Source: Acidobacteriota bacterium
GTDB lineage: Bacteria; Acidobacteriota; UBA890; WLXD01
Reading direction: 5' to 3'
Length of the DNA: 64,000 bases
Assembly: GCA_965248695.1 (NCBI GenBank)
Contig: CBDFKD010000002.1
Location: 3,008,001-3,072,000, forward strand
The position numbers were made by a program, and so were the translations under genes. The stretch's first letter is position 1. Each line of letters begins with the position of its first letter. Below, in pieces: positions 51,520-62,060 of this stretch. A model generated the notes under the pieces. It saw nothing but the letters and a program-made list of their open reading frames with translations, was not told the DNA's origin and did not search any database.

Positions 51520-52827
51520 CTACCGCGTCTCGCGATCGTCCCGGTAGACCTCGCCGCCCTTCATGACGAACATCACGCGCTCCATGACGGTGATGTTGTC
51601 GAGCGGGTTGCCGGAAACGGCAATCACGTCGGCGAGCTTGCCTGCCTCGAGGCTACCGACGCGATCGTCCCAGCCTATGATCATCGCCGAGGCGCTAGTG
51701 GCCGAAGTGATCGAGTCCATCTCGCTCTCGCCGTTCTCGACGCGCTCCTGGAACTCACGGGCATTGAGCCCATGCTCGAAGACACCGGCGTCGGTGCCGA
51801 ACCCGATGGTCAGCCCACGCTCCACGGCGCGCCGGAAGGTGGCGTTGCGGAACCGCATCATCTCGCGCGACCGTTGGATCTGCGCCTCGGGAATCCCCAG
51901 GCTGGCCCCGTCGCGCGGGATGATCACCCCGACGTACAGGGTCGGCACGTAGAAGGTCGAGTCGCTCGCGGCGAGCATCTCGAGGCCTTCCTCATCCATC
52001 ATCGAGCCGTGATCGACGGTCCGCACACCGGCTCGGATGGCGGCGTTGATGCCTTCAGCGCCGTGAGCGTGCGCCGCAACAAAGCCCTCGCGACGGGTCG
52101 TCTCCTCCACCGCTGCGGCGATCTCTTCGTCGGAGTACTGCTGCGCGCCGGGTGAGATGCCGCGCGATAGCACCGCACCCGTGGCAAGGATCTTGGTGAA
52201 GTTGGCGCCGTGCTTGAAGTTGGTTCGAATGACGGCGCGCACCGCATCAGCCCCGTCGGCCAGATTGCGCACTGTGGGCACGTCGACGTAGATGGAGAAC
52301 TGGCGGGCGTCTCCCGCCCCACCGGTCGCCGACACATAGTTGCCGGCTACCTGCATGCGCGGGCCCGGAAGCACCCCGGCGTCGATGACATTTCGCAGAT
52401 CCACATCGGTGTAGGGCCATTCCGGGCCCATGTCGCGAACCGTCGTGAACCCGGCGCGCAGCGTCGCCAACGCGTTGGCCGCCCCGTACAGGGCCGACTC
52501 ACCGGGAGTCGTGGTGAGCAACACCGACTCCCAGTGGACTCCGACCTCGGAGGTCAGGTGCGTGTGTAGATCGATCAGGCCAGGCATCAGGGTGGCATCA
52601 CCCAGATCGATGGTGCGGGTGCCCCCGGGGACAGCGAGCGCCGCGCCAACCGCGGCGATGCTTTCGCCCTCGATGAGGATCTGTCCCGGCTCCACCAGGT
52701 TGCCGACGCCGTCAATCAGCCGGGCTGCCGTCAGGAGGGTCAGCTCGGCCTGCTGGGCGAGACCCGAACCGCCGGAGACAAGAGCGGCGAGAACCGCGAC
52801 GAGGAGGCTACGAGAGCTCGGCATCAT
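51520..52827 (-). CDS. Secreted metal-dependent amidohydrolase (Xaa-Pro dipeptidase-like)
   Basis: PGLIDLHTH, KILATG, AAHAHG, DHG and FGTDAG; ATGA-coupled to the upstream membrane gene. Confidence 0.88.
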   Translation of the reverse strand: MMPSSRSLLVAVLAALVSGGSGLAQQAELTLLTAARLIDGVGNLVEPGQILIEGESIAAVGAALAVPGGTRTIDLGDATLMPGLIDLHTHLTSEVGVHWESVLLTTTPGESALYGAANALATLRAGFTTVRDMGPEWPYTDVDLRNVIDAGVLPGPRMQVAGNYVSATGGAGDARQFSIYVDVPTVRNLADGADAVRAVIRTNFKHGANFTKILATGAVLSRGISPGAQQYSDEEIAAAVEETTRREGFVAAHAHGAEGINAAIRAGVRTVDHGSMMDEEGLEMLAASDSTFYVPTLYVGVIIPRDGASLGIPEAQIQRSREMMRFRNATFRRAVERGLTIGFGTDAGVFEHGLNAREFQERVENGESEMDSITSATSASAMIIGWDDRVGSLEAGKLADVIAVSGNPLDNITVMERVMFVMKGGEVYRDDRETR

Positions 52828-53294
52828 TGTTGATCGCCTTTGAATTCGGTCAGGACGGAGGCACAGGGACTCCCCTGTGGTCTGGATGGGTGCCGCCAGG
52901 CGAATACAAGGCCCAGCAGACCGATCACCGTCATCGTACCCGCGGCCAGAACCGGGGTCGCGCCGCTCATGGACTCGCTGAACAACTCCACCCCCGCCCG
53001 GTCGGGATACATCTCGCGCTCGAACTCGGCGTTGCCCGAGTAGTGGAGCCACTGGCCGACCGCGCCGCTGAGAACGCAGGCCCACATAACCACCCGCAAT
53101 GCCAGCAACACACCGCGGGCGGGCACGAACCACGCTGCGGCGGACACGACGAGCACCGCCACGAGTAGTGCCAGCGGCAGAAGCTGCCACCAGTCTTCTG
53201 TGTGACCGATCAGCAGCAACTCGACGAGAGCCCCGAGACTGCCGAATAACGCGACCGCCAGCACGCCGCGCCGGAGTCCGCCGTCCGTAGACAC
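52824..53294 (-). CDS. Uncharacterised membrane protein (about 4 TM) with His/Glu motifs
   Basis: Hydrophobic helices; VELLLIGHTED, HYSGNAEFERE and GATPVLA. Confidence 0.7.
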   Translation of the reverse strand: MSTDGGLRRGVLAVALFGSLGALVELLLIGHTEDWWQLLPLALLVAVLVVSAAAWFVPARGVLLALRVVMWACVLSGAVGQWLHYSGNAEFEREMYPDRAGVELFSESMSGATPVLAAGTMTVIGLLGLVFAWRHPSRPQGSPCASVLTEFKGDQQ

Positions 53295-53307
53295 GACCCC
53301 GGCTGGC

Positions 53308-53942
53308 CTACGAGCCGGCGATGGTCACGTAGCGCTCGAATCGCGCCACCTCGTCATCGTCGACGTATTTTCCGATCTCGCGACGAAACTGTTCGATCCC
53401 CACGTAGGGACGGTACTCCTCGAACTCGTGGATCATGCGTGGCCCATGCCGGGGATCGTTCCGAGGTCCTCCGACGAGGCGGCGTTCAGGTCGAGCGGCA
53501 CGAAGACGTACTGCTCCAGGCGCGCGACCTCGTCATCGTCGACGTACTTGCCGATCTCGCGACGAAACTGTGCCAGCGACGCGTACGGTCGATACTCCTC
53601 GAACTCGTGCGCCATACGGCGGCCGACTCCGGGAATCAGCTGGATCTCGGCGTCGGTCACGTCGTTCAGATTGATCGGTAGCCAGAGGCGGGAGTAGATA
53701 GCCGCGCGCTGCTCGTCGCTTAGCCCGGCACCGATCGCCGCGTCCAATGCCGCCACGTTCGCCCACGGTCGGCCGCCGATGATGGTCGCCGCGCCGGCAG
53801 CACCGACGTGCGGCACGCCGGCCAGATCCTCCTCGGTGCCCAGGTTGGGATTGAGCAGGTCGGGGCTGGTTCCCACCTGTGCTGAAACCGATGTGGCAAC
53901 AAGAACAATTGCCGCGGTGAGCACGATACGGCGGTGACGCAT
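53308..53942 (-). pseudogene. Secreted helix-hairpin-helix (ComEA-like) repeat protein with a -1 frameshift near 53440
   Basis: Two ~60-aa repeats (IPGVGRRMAHEFEEYRPY...FRREIGKYVDDDEVAR). The second repeat continues in another frame after GGC CA CGC (one C missing). It may be a sequencing error. Confidence 0.8.
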
Positions 53943-54003
53943 TGCAGACTCCTCGGGCACTCGAGAACATGAACAATTGCTTGTTCAGGCGGATCGTTGC
54001 TGA

Positions 54004-54037
54004 AGTATATCGATATTGAGACGCAGTCTCAATATCG
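54004..54037 (-). promoter_or_regulatory. Sigma70 promoter TTGAGA-N17-TATACT overlapped by a 12-3-12 palindrome (Fur-box-like)
   Basis: -35 at 54032-54027 and -10 at 54009-54004; CGATATTGAGAC-GCA-GTCTCAATATCG at 54011-54037. Confidence 0.7.
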
Positions 54038-56236
54038 TCACCCCGCCAGTGCTTCGCGCACCCGTTGCCGATTGAACGGCATGTGTCGAAGCCGCCGCCC
54101 GGTCATCGCGCCGAACGCGTTGGCGATCGCCGGAGCCACCCCGAGCACGGCCCGATCGCCGATCCCTACCGGGGAACGATCGGTGCCAAGCAGCTCGGCG
54201 TGCACCTCCGGCGCATCGGCCATCCGCATCACCGTGTAGTCGTGAAAGTTGGACTGCTCTACCTGACCGCCCTTCATGGTGATGCGCTCGTACAGAGCGT
54301 TGCTGGCACCGTAGATGACAGCGCCTTCGATCTGACCGATAACGTTTCTGGGCTGCACCGCGATCCCGAGATCAACCGCCATCCAGACGTTGGGTACGCG
54401 GATCGCGCCGCTGGTCTCGTCGACCGTGACCTCGGCAATCGTCGCCATGATCGTTCCGAACGATGGCGTATAGGCCACGCCGAGCGCGCGCCCAGCGGCA
54501 GCTCCCCAGTCCGCCATGTCGGCAGCCGCCCGCAATACCCGGCGTGCCCGCTCTGAGCTCAGGTACTGCAGACGGAATTCCAGCGGATTCGCCCCCTCGG
54601 CGACAGCCACCTCGTCGAGGAAGCACTCGGAGGCGAACGCCTGCTGCGCCGACGCGACGCCGCGCATCCAGGACACCCGCACTGGGATCGAGCGGCGGAT
54701 GCGCTGCGTACGACCGCCGAAGTCGTAGGCGAACTCCGCGCCCATGCCCCAGGTCACCGCTGCGTGCTGCTCGGGCGAACCGTCGCGCACGGCGGCCGCC
54801 AGCCGCGGGTCCGCCCGGCTCGCCACGTCCTCCCCTACGGCACGGTGCCTCCAGTCGACGATCCCGCCCTGATCGTCGACGCCACAGTGCAGGCAGTGGG
54901 CGCTGACGGGCTTGAAGCGGCCGAACTGAACGTCGTGCTCGCGAGTCCAGATCGCCTTCACCGGTCGGCCGACGGCGCGCGACAACAGCACCGCATCGAG
55001 GGCCCAGTCGTGGTCCATATCGCTGCGCCGACCGAACCCGCCACCGAGGAACATGCGATGCAGCGTTACGTCAGCCGTCGGAATTCCGAGGCTCTCGGCG
55101 GCGACGTGAACTAGGTGCGTCGGGGCTTGCGTACCGGCCCATATCTCAACGCGCCGAGCCTCTGAGTCGAACAGCGCAACGGCGTTGAGGGGTTCCATCT
55201 GCGCCTGATATATGAAGTCGGTACGGTACTCCTGCTCGTGGATGCTCGCGCCCGCGGTGCCCTCCTGGGGTGGCTGATCGCGGGCGATTTCCATGTGCGC
55301 CTCGAGCTCGGCGGCCGAATCGAGCCTATCGCCGTCGGCGGCGCTCCAATCGATCTGCAGCAGCTCACCGGCAGCAATGGCGCCCTCGTACGTCTCGCTC
55401 ACCACGCCGATCCCGTCCGGCAGCGCCACCACGTCGAGCACCCCCGGAACGGCGAGGGCGGGCGCATCGTCGACCCGCACCACCGTGGCTCCTGGTACCG
55501 GCGAGCGGGTCACCGTCGCGTAGACCATGCCCGGGAGGCTGACGTCGATGCTGTAATGCGCCTCCCCGGTAACCTTGGACGGAATGTCGCGGCGCGGCTG
55601 GTCGTGGCCGATGAGCCGGAAGCTGGCCGGATCCTTGAGGTCGGCATCGGAGATCTCCGGCATGGTCGCGGGCAGCTGGGCTGCAGCGGCAACCTCCCCA
55701 TAGCTAATGCGACGACCGCTACGTGCGTGGATCACCACGCTGGGCTCGGTGCCAAGCTCCTCGATCGGCACAGCCCAGGCAGCCGCAACGTGGTCCAGCA
55801 GCACACGCCGCGCCTGGGCGCCCTGGCGCCGCAGTAGATCGTAATAGCCGGCGACCGCCGCGCTGGACTCGGTCATCAGCAACCCGTAGTACCCCGGATT
55901 GCCGTAGGGCTCGTCGAGCGACGGGCTGAGCTCGATGCGGACATCGTTCCAGTCGGCATCGAGCTCCTCGGCGAAGATGATCGGCAGGGCGGTCATCGAT
56001 CCCTGCCCCATCTCGTCGGCAGGGGCGAGGATGGTGACGGTCCCGTCCGCTGCGATGTTTGCCCAGACGTTGGGGACGAGTGGCTCCGTCACCGCAGCGG
56101 CCGCGGCGGTCGCCCGGAACGGGTTGCCCGGCACCGTCACGACAAGCCCGAACGTCAGCCCGGCAGCACTCCGCAAGACGCTCCGCCGGTTCAGCAGCGA
56201 GTTCGCCTCGAGACCTCGGGTTTCCTGGTCCGCCAT
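54038..56236 (-). CDS. Molybdopterin oxidoreductase large subunit (isoquinoline 1-oxidoreductase beta-like), Tat-exported
   Basis: NRRSVL, EMGQG, AEELD, QMEP, LGGGFGRR and QSNFHDY. Confidence 0.9.
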   Translation of the reverse strand: MADQETRGLEANSLLNRRSVLRSAAGLTFGLVVTVPGNPFRATAAAAAVTEPLVPNVWANIAADGTVTILAPADEMGQGSMTALPIIFAEELDADWNDVRIELSPSLDEPYGNPGYYGLLMTESSAAVAGYYDLLRRQGAQARRVLLDHVAAAWAVPIEELGTEPSVVIHARSGRRISYGEVAAAAQLPATMPEISDADLKDPASFRLIGHDQPRRDIPSKVTGEAHYSIDVSLPGMVYATVTRSPVPGATVVRVDDAPALAVPGVLDVVALPDGIGVVSETYEGAIAAGELLQIDWSAADGDRLDSAAELEAHMEIARDQPPQEGTAGASIHEQEYRTDFIYQAQMEPLNAVALFDSEARRVEIWAGTQAPTHLVHVAAESLGIPTADVTLHRMFLGGGFGRRSDMDHDWALDAVLLSRAVGRPVKAIWTREHDVQFGRFKPVSAHCLHCGVDDQGGIVDWRHRAVGEDVASRADPRLAAAVRDGSPEQHAAVTWGMGAEFAYDFGGRTQRIRRSIPVRVSWMRGVASAQQAFASECFLDEVAVAEGANPLEFRLQYLSSERARRVLRAAADMADWGAAAGRALGVAYTPSFGTIMATIAEVTVDETSGAIRVPNVWMAVDLGIAVQPRNVIGQIEGAVIYGASNALYERITMKGGQVEQSNFHDYTVMRMADAPEVHAELLGTDRSPVGIGDRAVLGVAPAIANAFGAMTGRRLRHMPFNRQRVREALAG

Positions 56237-56688
56237 CAGGCCGAGTCCGACGCGACGCGCTGGATGGCGCGAATGACGCGCGGGTAGGTTCCGCAGCGGC
56301 AGATGTTCTGCATGTGGGCGACGATCTCGCCGCGGCTGGGCTGCGGGTTGCGCGCCAGCAGATCAGCGGCGCTCATGATCATCCCCGGCTGACAGTAGCC
56401 ACACTGGGGCACCTGCTCGTCAACCCAGGCATCGAGCAGCGCGTGACGCATCGCTGCCAGACCCTCGATGGTCGTGATCTCGTGGCCGGCAGCAGCGCTG
56501 ATCGGCGTCTGACAGCTCAGCGCGCGCCCGCCGTCAATGTGAACCGTGCACGCACGGCAGACTCCCAATCCGCAGCCGAACTTCGTGCCCGTAAGCCCGA
56601 TGTGATCGCGCAACACCCAGAGGAGCGGCGCGTCAGGCTCGGCTTCGACGGCCTGGGAGCTGCCGTTGACGGTGATGGTGAACCGCAT
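56236..56688 (-). CDS. (2Fe-2S)-binding small subunit (IorA-like)
   Basis: [16 protein letters not shown] and ICRCGTY. Confidence 0.93.
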   Translation of the reverse strand: MRFTITVNGSSQAVEAEPDAPLLWVLRDHIGLTGTKFGCGLGVCRACTVHIDGGRALSCQTPISAAAGHEITTIEGLAAMRHALLDAWVDEQVPQCGYCQPGMIMSAADLLARNPQPSRGEIVAHMQNICRCGTYPRVIRAIQRVASDSA

Positions 56689-56712
56689 CTGCCCTGTACC
56701 TCTGAATTGCGC

Positions 56713-57861
56713 CTATTCGTTGCGTAACGCCACCACCGGATCAACCCGCGTGGCGCGACGGGCGGGCAACAAGGAGGCGACGAAGCCGACGGTCATGATC
56801 AGCAGCGTTACTGCCACGTAGGTAGGCGCATCGGTCGGCGCTAGACCGAACAGCATCCCGGTCAGGAACCGAGACAGGATCAACGCCACACCGATCCCGA
56901 GTACCGCGCCACCCACCACCAGCGCCATCGCCTGTCGGATGACCATCCAGGCGGTCGTCTGGGCATCGGCTCCGATCGCCGTCCGCACACCGATCTCACC
57001 GCTCCGTTGCGCAACGCTGTGATTGACCACTCCATAGACGCCCACTGCTGCCAACACTGCAGCGCAGAGCGCCAGGCCGACCAAGAGGGCGGTGTTGAAC
57101 CGCGGCAGCGCCACCGATTCCCACAGCAGATCACTGATCCGCGCCACCTCGGTCGGAACCAGCTCGGGATCGATGGCAAGGATGGCGTCGCCCACCGCGC
57201 GCGTCACCGCCGCCAGCTCCAGATCCGAGCGCACCGCCAGGTGCATGTCGCTGAGCGCGAGCTGGCTGTACGGAACGTAGAGCTCGGGACCGACCTCCGA
57301 TTGCAACCCGCCATGTCGGGTGCTGCCAACCACACCGACGATCTCGAGCTCGCCCGCCATCGGCATCTGCAGTGTCTTCCCGATCGGCTCGCCTTCCGGG
57401 AAGTAACGCTCCAGGAGGGCGTCGTTGATAATCGTCACCTCACGGCCCTCCTCGCCATCCAGACGGTCGAAGAGGCGACCGTTGACAAGCGGGATGCCCA
57501 TCGCCGAGACGTAGTCCGGAATCACGCCCCGAAAGTCGGCCCGCGGGCGTTCGGTCGGCGACGCAGCGTCGAGGCCGAGAATCGTAAACGGCATTTCGAA
57601 TGCGTTGCCGACCTCGCTCATTGGCAGGTCAGACACGGCGCCGGCTTCGATGACGCCGGGCAACTCGCGCACGCGATCCGTCAGCTCGGCGAAGAAACCG
57701 CGGCGATCCATCGAATCCGGGTAACGCGACGGTGGCAACTGCACCGCGAAGGCGACGACTCCATCACGCCGGAATCCGGGATCCGTGTCGCCGAGCCGAT
57801 TGAAGCTGCGAACCATCAGACCGGCACCGACCAGCAGCGCCAGCGCCAACGAAACCTCGGC
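56713..57861 (-). pseudogene. 5'-truncated ADOP permease (second half only)
   Basis: Begins abruptly at AEVSLALALLVGAGLMVRSF and ends RVDPVVALRNE; the upstream sequence belongs to another gene on the opposite strand. Confidence 0.85.
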
Positions 57862-57975
57862 GTGGTGCGCGCCGAGGACTGGCCTGTTCTGCCGACCACA
57901 CGGAGTGGCTTCGAGCTGCGCCCCTTCGATTTCTTCTCCCGTAATCCGGCCCTCGACATTCCTGCACAGGAGTGA
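57862..57975 (+). pseudogene. C-terminal remnant of a copper amine oxidase (TynA-like)
   Basis: VVRAEDWPVLPTTRSGFELRPFDFFSRNPALDIP-stop matches the conserved EDWPVMP...FF.RNPALD terminus of copper amine oxidases. Confidence 0.82.
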
Positions 57976-58053
57976 GGCGGTCCGAGATCGAGGCATGAGC
58001 GATGCGTGACCAACGCGAGCAACGAACAAGTCCTGAGACAAGGAGACGACCGT

Positions 58054-58920
58054 ATGCGCCGATCGCGTTCGCGGTTCTATTGTTCGTTCTGACGGCCAGT
58101 GTCGCGCACTCGCACGATATCTGGCTCCACGCCGACCGGTTCCGGCTCGACGTTGGAGACACATTGATCATCCGGCAGCTGCTCGGCGCCGAACTCGAGA
58201 CCGATCTGTCGCAACCCGAGGCGACGCAGGAGCTGCCGCTCATGCGAAGCATGACGTCACGGCTGTCGATGCTTGACTGACAAGGGCTCGATGGATCTGC
58301 TCGCAGAGCTGCCGGATATGAGAACCCGACCGTCGATTACGCCGGTGGTCGAACGGACAGTCGATTTCGAGGGCCTGGCTCTGGTGACCATGGAGCACTA
58401 TCCGCTGTACACCGAGTTCACCAACGACGAGTTTCGCGAGTATCTGGACCACGAGGGACTCGACATCCGGGACTTCCGCGAAGGCATGGGCTCGAGGTCA
58501 GAGCAGGCTGAGGCATACGTACGAACGCTCAAGTGTCTCGTGCAGGTCGGAGAAGACGACCCCGACGCGAACCCGAGCGAGCTACACCGGCGGGTCCTGG
58601 GTCAGAGAATCGAGATCGTGCTGTTGCAGAACCCGTACCGGCTGAACCCCGGCGACGAGCTCGACGTGCAGGTGTTGGCCAACGGTGAGCCGGTTCAAGG
58701 CCAGCTCGTAAACGCCTACAACGGCAGCTCGCACGCGCCGGTCTCGAAGCAGCAGGCACACACCGATGCCGGGGGTGTCGCGCGCTTCGTACTCGACGGT
58801 TCAGGGCTCTGGCTGATTCGCCTCGTCAACCTGACGCCGTGCTCGGGCCGCACGGACGGAGAGTGTGAAGACGCCGACTGGGACAGCGCCTGGGCCGCCT
58901 ACAGCTTCGAGTTGGACTAG
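58054..58920 (+). pseudogene. DUF4198-like periplasmic protein with two apparent 1-bp frameshifts (near 58061 and 58273)
   Basis: AGGAG RBS + ATG 58054 is out of frame with the signal peptide IAFAVLLF...SHDIWL; the second part has FREYLDHEG, IEIVLLQNPY and GLWLIRLV. Confidence 0.72.
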
Positions 58921-58946
58921 TCAGACGGCGCAGTACGCCGATGCTC

Positions 58947-59300
58947 TCAGAAAGGGTCGGTGCAGGCCGGCGTCACGTTGACCGCGCTCAGCGCAGAAGG
59001 AACGTCGCTCGGTGCGCCGGTAGCGTCGCAGAATCCATCGCCGTTGGCGTCGGTGGCATCGCACTCCCCGCCCGGGAGGAAGATGTACTGAGTGATGACG
59101 CTGTCATCAGCAACATCGTTGAACGCGCAGGCGGTCAGACGGCATGCACCTTTGCCCATCAGCTTTTGCAGCATCTTCCCGTCAACGTTCTTGACCTTGC
59201 CGCTCTTCTTGCAAACCTGGGCATAGCCCAAGGGCACATGCGCCTTGCCTACAAGCGTACCCGGGATCAACAGCAAAAGTGCCCCTACAAAAGACAACAT
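58947..59300 (-). CDS. Small secreted 6-Cys hypothetical protein
   Basis: Hydrophobic N-terminus, Lys-rich segment and DANGDG Ca-loop-like motif; lower GC than neighbours; the start is uncertain. Confidence 0.55.
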   Translation of the reverse strand: MLSFVGALLLLIPGTLVGKAHVPLGYAQVCKKSGKVKNVDGKMLQKLMGKGACRLTACAFNDVADDSVITQYIFLPGGECDATDANGDGFCDATGAPSDVPSALSAVNVTPACTDPF

Positions 59301-59562
59301 CAACGATCGTCGCGTGTGCTCTCCACTCCCGAATGAGGTGAGGTGGCCGAACGCAAGGCCCGAGCCCTGGAATACGCAGCGCGTACCGTAGCACGCTTTT
59401 GTCGGCATTTGAAAATGTCAACGGTTAGCGGCGGTACACTCAGGCGCAAGAAGCCGATGAGTATGGAATAGTGGTCCCACGATCCACCGAAGAGTCATCG
59501 ATCTGAGCCGGGCGGCGACGGCCCGCCTGTTGACACTCCATACAGCCCAGGAGCGGAGCCAG

Positions 59563-62019
59563 ATGAAAGCGCGCGCCGCGATACTCGCGGCTATGGGCCT
59601 GTTCCTCGCCGACGCCGGCGCTGCAACCGGAACCAGAGAGCTCGGAACGGCACGGATTGGAGACCCCGCCAGTGCCGCATTCGGGCGCACTGTAGAAGGC
59701 TCGCGGCCGTCCGCTGAAGACGAGCTGATCCAGCGATACTGTCTGCGCTGTCACAATGACCAGCTGCTGCGCGGCAACATGTCGCTAGAACGCTTCGATG
59801 CAGCGTCGCCGGAGGGCAGCGCCGAGCTGGCCGAGAAGATGATCGTCAAGCTGCGTGCAGGGATGATGCCGCCCCCGAACGCGTGGCGCCCGCCCAACGA
59901 GGCCGTCTTCGCGCTGGTGGAGTTGCTCGAGTCACGCTTGGACGCGGCCGATGCCGCGGCCCCGAACCCTGGCAGCCGATCGTTTCAACGCCTCAACCAG
60001 GCGGAGTACTCGCAGTCCGTGCGCCATCTGCTCGGGCTGGAGATCGACGCCGCCGACTATCTGCCGCTGGATACCAAGAGCGCCAACTTCGACAACATTG
60101 CCGATGTCCAGATGCTGTCGCCGATGCTGCTCGACGCCTACATGAACGCCGCCGCCGAGATCAGTCGACTGGCGGTGGGCGATGCCCGCACGACACCGAC
60201 GTCGGCGACCTACACCAACCCCGGCTACACCTCGCAATGGGACCGTGTCGAGGGCGCGCCGTTCGGCACCCGCGGCGGGATCAGCGTCAGCCACATCTTC
60301 CCGGCCGACGGTGACTACGAGTTCCGCCTGGCCTTCGAGCACACCACGACCGGGGGCTACTTCGGCGGCGTGACCAAGGGGGAGCAGATCGAGGTTTCGA
60401 TCGACGGTGCCCGCGCCGCGCTCCTCGATGTCGACCGCTGGATGAGCGTCGCGGATCCCAATGGCGTCAACATGCGCACCGAGCCGATCTTCGTGCGTGC
60501 CGGACCCCGCCGGGTAACTGCGGCGTTCATCAAGCAGAGCGAGGGGCCGCTGGAGGACCTGCTGTCACCGCACGACTGGTCGCTGACCGACCGCCAGATC
60601 GGGGTGAGCGGCTACGGCGTCACCTCGCTGGCGCACCTGAAGGACCTCGTGGTGGCCGGGCCGTTCCGAGCCACCGGGGTGTCCGACAACCCCGTGCGCC
60701 GGCAGCTCTTCAGCTGCCGGCCGACGGTGCGTGAGGAACAACGCCCCTGCGCCAGCGAGATCGTTTCCCGTCTCGCCTCCCGGGCGTTCCGCAGATCGCT
60801 GACCGACGGCGACCTCGACGCGCTGATGGGGTTCTACGAGGCAGGCGCCGATCTCGGCGGCTTCGAACAGGGCATCCGTCATGCGCTGGAGGCGATCCTC
60901 GCCAGTCCGGACTTCATCTTCCGCTTCGAGGAGGCACCGGCGAGCGTCACGCCCGGCGCGGTGTATCGCCTCAGTGACGAGGATCTCGCCGCCAGGCTTT
61001 CGTTCTTCCTGTGGGGCTCACCACCCGACGACGAACTGTCGGAGCTGGCGGCCGACGACGGGCTGTCGGTTCCCGAGACGCTCGAGGCACAGGTGCGTCG
61101 GATGCTGGCCGACCGCCGCGCCGAGGCGCTCGGCACGCGCTTCGCGGCGCAGTGGCTGCGCCTCGACGACCTCGATGCGGTGCACCCGGATCGGCTGCTC
61201 TACCCCGACTTTCACCAGCAACTGGCCGATGCGATGCGGCGCGAGACGGAGCTGTTCTTCAGCGGCCTGGTGGAGAACGATCGCAGCGTTCTCGATCTGT
61301 ACCGTGCCGACTACTCGTACCTGAACGGGCGTCTGGCGCGGCACTACGGCATACCGGGGGTCATCGGCGAACACTTCCGCCAGGTCGCCTATCCCGACGA
61401 CACGCGGCGCGGCCTGCTCGGTCACGGCAGCATCTTGACGCTGACCTCGCACGCTGGCCGCACCTCGCCGGTGCTGCGCGGCAAGTGGGTCATGGAAGTG
61501 CTGCTCGGCACGCCGCCTCCTCCTCCCCCGCCCGGCATCCCGGACTTCGACGAGACCGCAAGCGTGGCCAACGGGCGCGTTCTGACCACGCGCGAGCGCA
61601 TGGAAGAGCATCGCTCGAACCCGTCGTGTAGCTCCTGCCATCGATTCATCGACCCCATCGGGCTGGCGCTGGACAACTACGACGTCACCGGCCGCTGGCG
61701 GATTCGCGAGCACGGCGTCCCGCTGGATACCCACGGCGAGATGTATGACGGAACACCGGTCGACAGCCCGGCCTCGCTGCAGGACGCTTTGCTGATGCGC
61801 CCGGTGCCCTTAGTGCGGAATTTCACCACGAATTTGATGGCCTACGCCCTCGGGCGGCGCCTGGAGTATTACGATCAACCAACAGTGCGACGGATCGCTC
61901 GCGGTGCGGAGCTCCAGGGCTATCGCATTTCGGCGTTCATCCTGGGGGTCGTTCAGAGCGACGCCTTCCAGATGCAGCGCGCCGGCGCCGTTGCCGACGA
62001 CACGTCATCACATGAGTAG
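59563..62019 (+). CDS. DUF1592/DUF1588/DUF1585-type (planctomycete cytochrome c / PSD) protein
   Basis: CLRCH, RLNQAEY, RLSFFLWGSPPD, FAAQWL, TSPVLRGKW, CSSCH and YALGR. Confidence 0.9.
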   Translation: MKARAAILAAMGLFLADAGAATGTRELGTARIGDPASAAFGRTVEGSRPSAEDELIQRYCLRCHNDQLLRGNMSLERFDAASPEGSAELAEKMIVKLRAGMMPPPNAWRPPNEAVFALVELLESRLDAADAAAPNPGSRSFQRLNQAEYSQSVRHLLGLEIDAADYLPLDTKSANFDNIADVQMLSPMLLDAYMNAAAEISRLAVGDARTTPTSATYTNPGYTSQWDRVEGAPFGTRGGISVSHIFPADGDYEFRLAFEHTTTGGYFGGVTKGEQIEVSIDGARAALLDVDRWMSVADPNGVNMRTEPIFVRAGPRRVTAAFIKQSEGPLEDLLSPHDWSLTDRQIGVSGYGVTSLAHLKDLVVAGPFRATGVSDNPVRRQLFSCRPTVREEQRPCASEIVSRLASRAFRRSLTDGDLDALMGFYEAGADLGGFEQGIRHALEAILASPDFIFRFEEAPASVTPGAVYRLSDEDLAARLSFFLWGSPPDDELSELAADDGLSVPETLEAQVRRMLADRRAEALGTRFAAQWLRLDDLDAVHPDRLLYPDFHQQLADAMRRETELFFSGLVENDRSVLDLYRADYSYLNGRLARHYGIPGVIGEHFRQVAYPDDTRRGLLGHGSILTLTSHAGRTSPVLRGKWVMEVLLGTPPPPPPPGIPDFDETASVANGRVLTTRERMEEHRSNPSCSSCHRFIDPIGLALDNYDVTGRWRIREHGVPLDTHGEMYDGTPVDSPASLQDALLMRPVPLVRNFTTNLMAYALGRRLEYYDQPTVRRIARGAELQGYRISAFILGVVQSDAFQMQRAGAVADDTSSHE

Positions 62020-62060
62020 GCTACCGAGACCATGAGGTTGTTGCCCCGGCGGAGTCGAGG

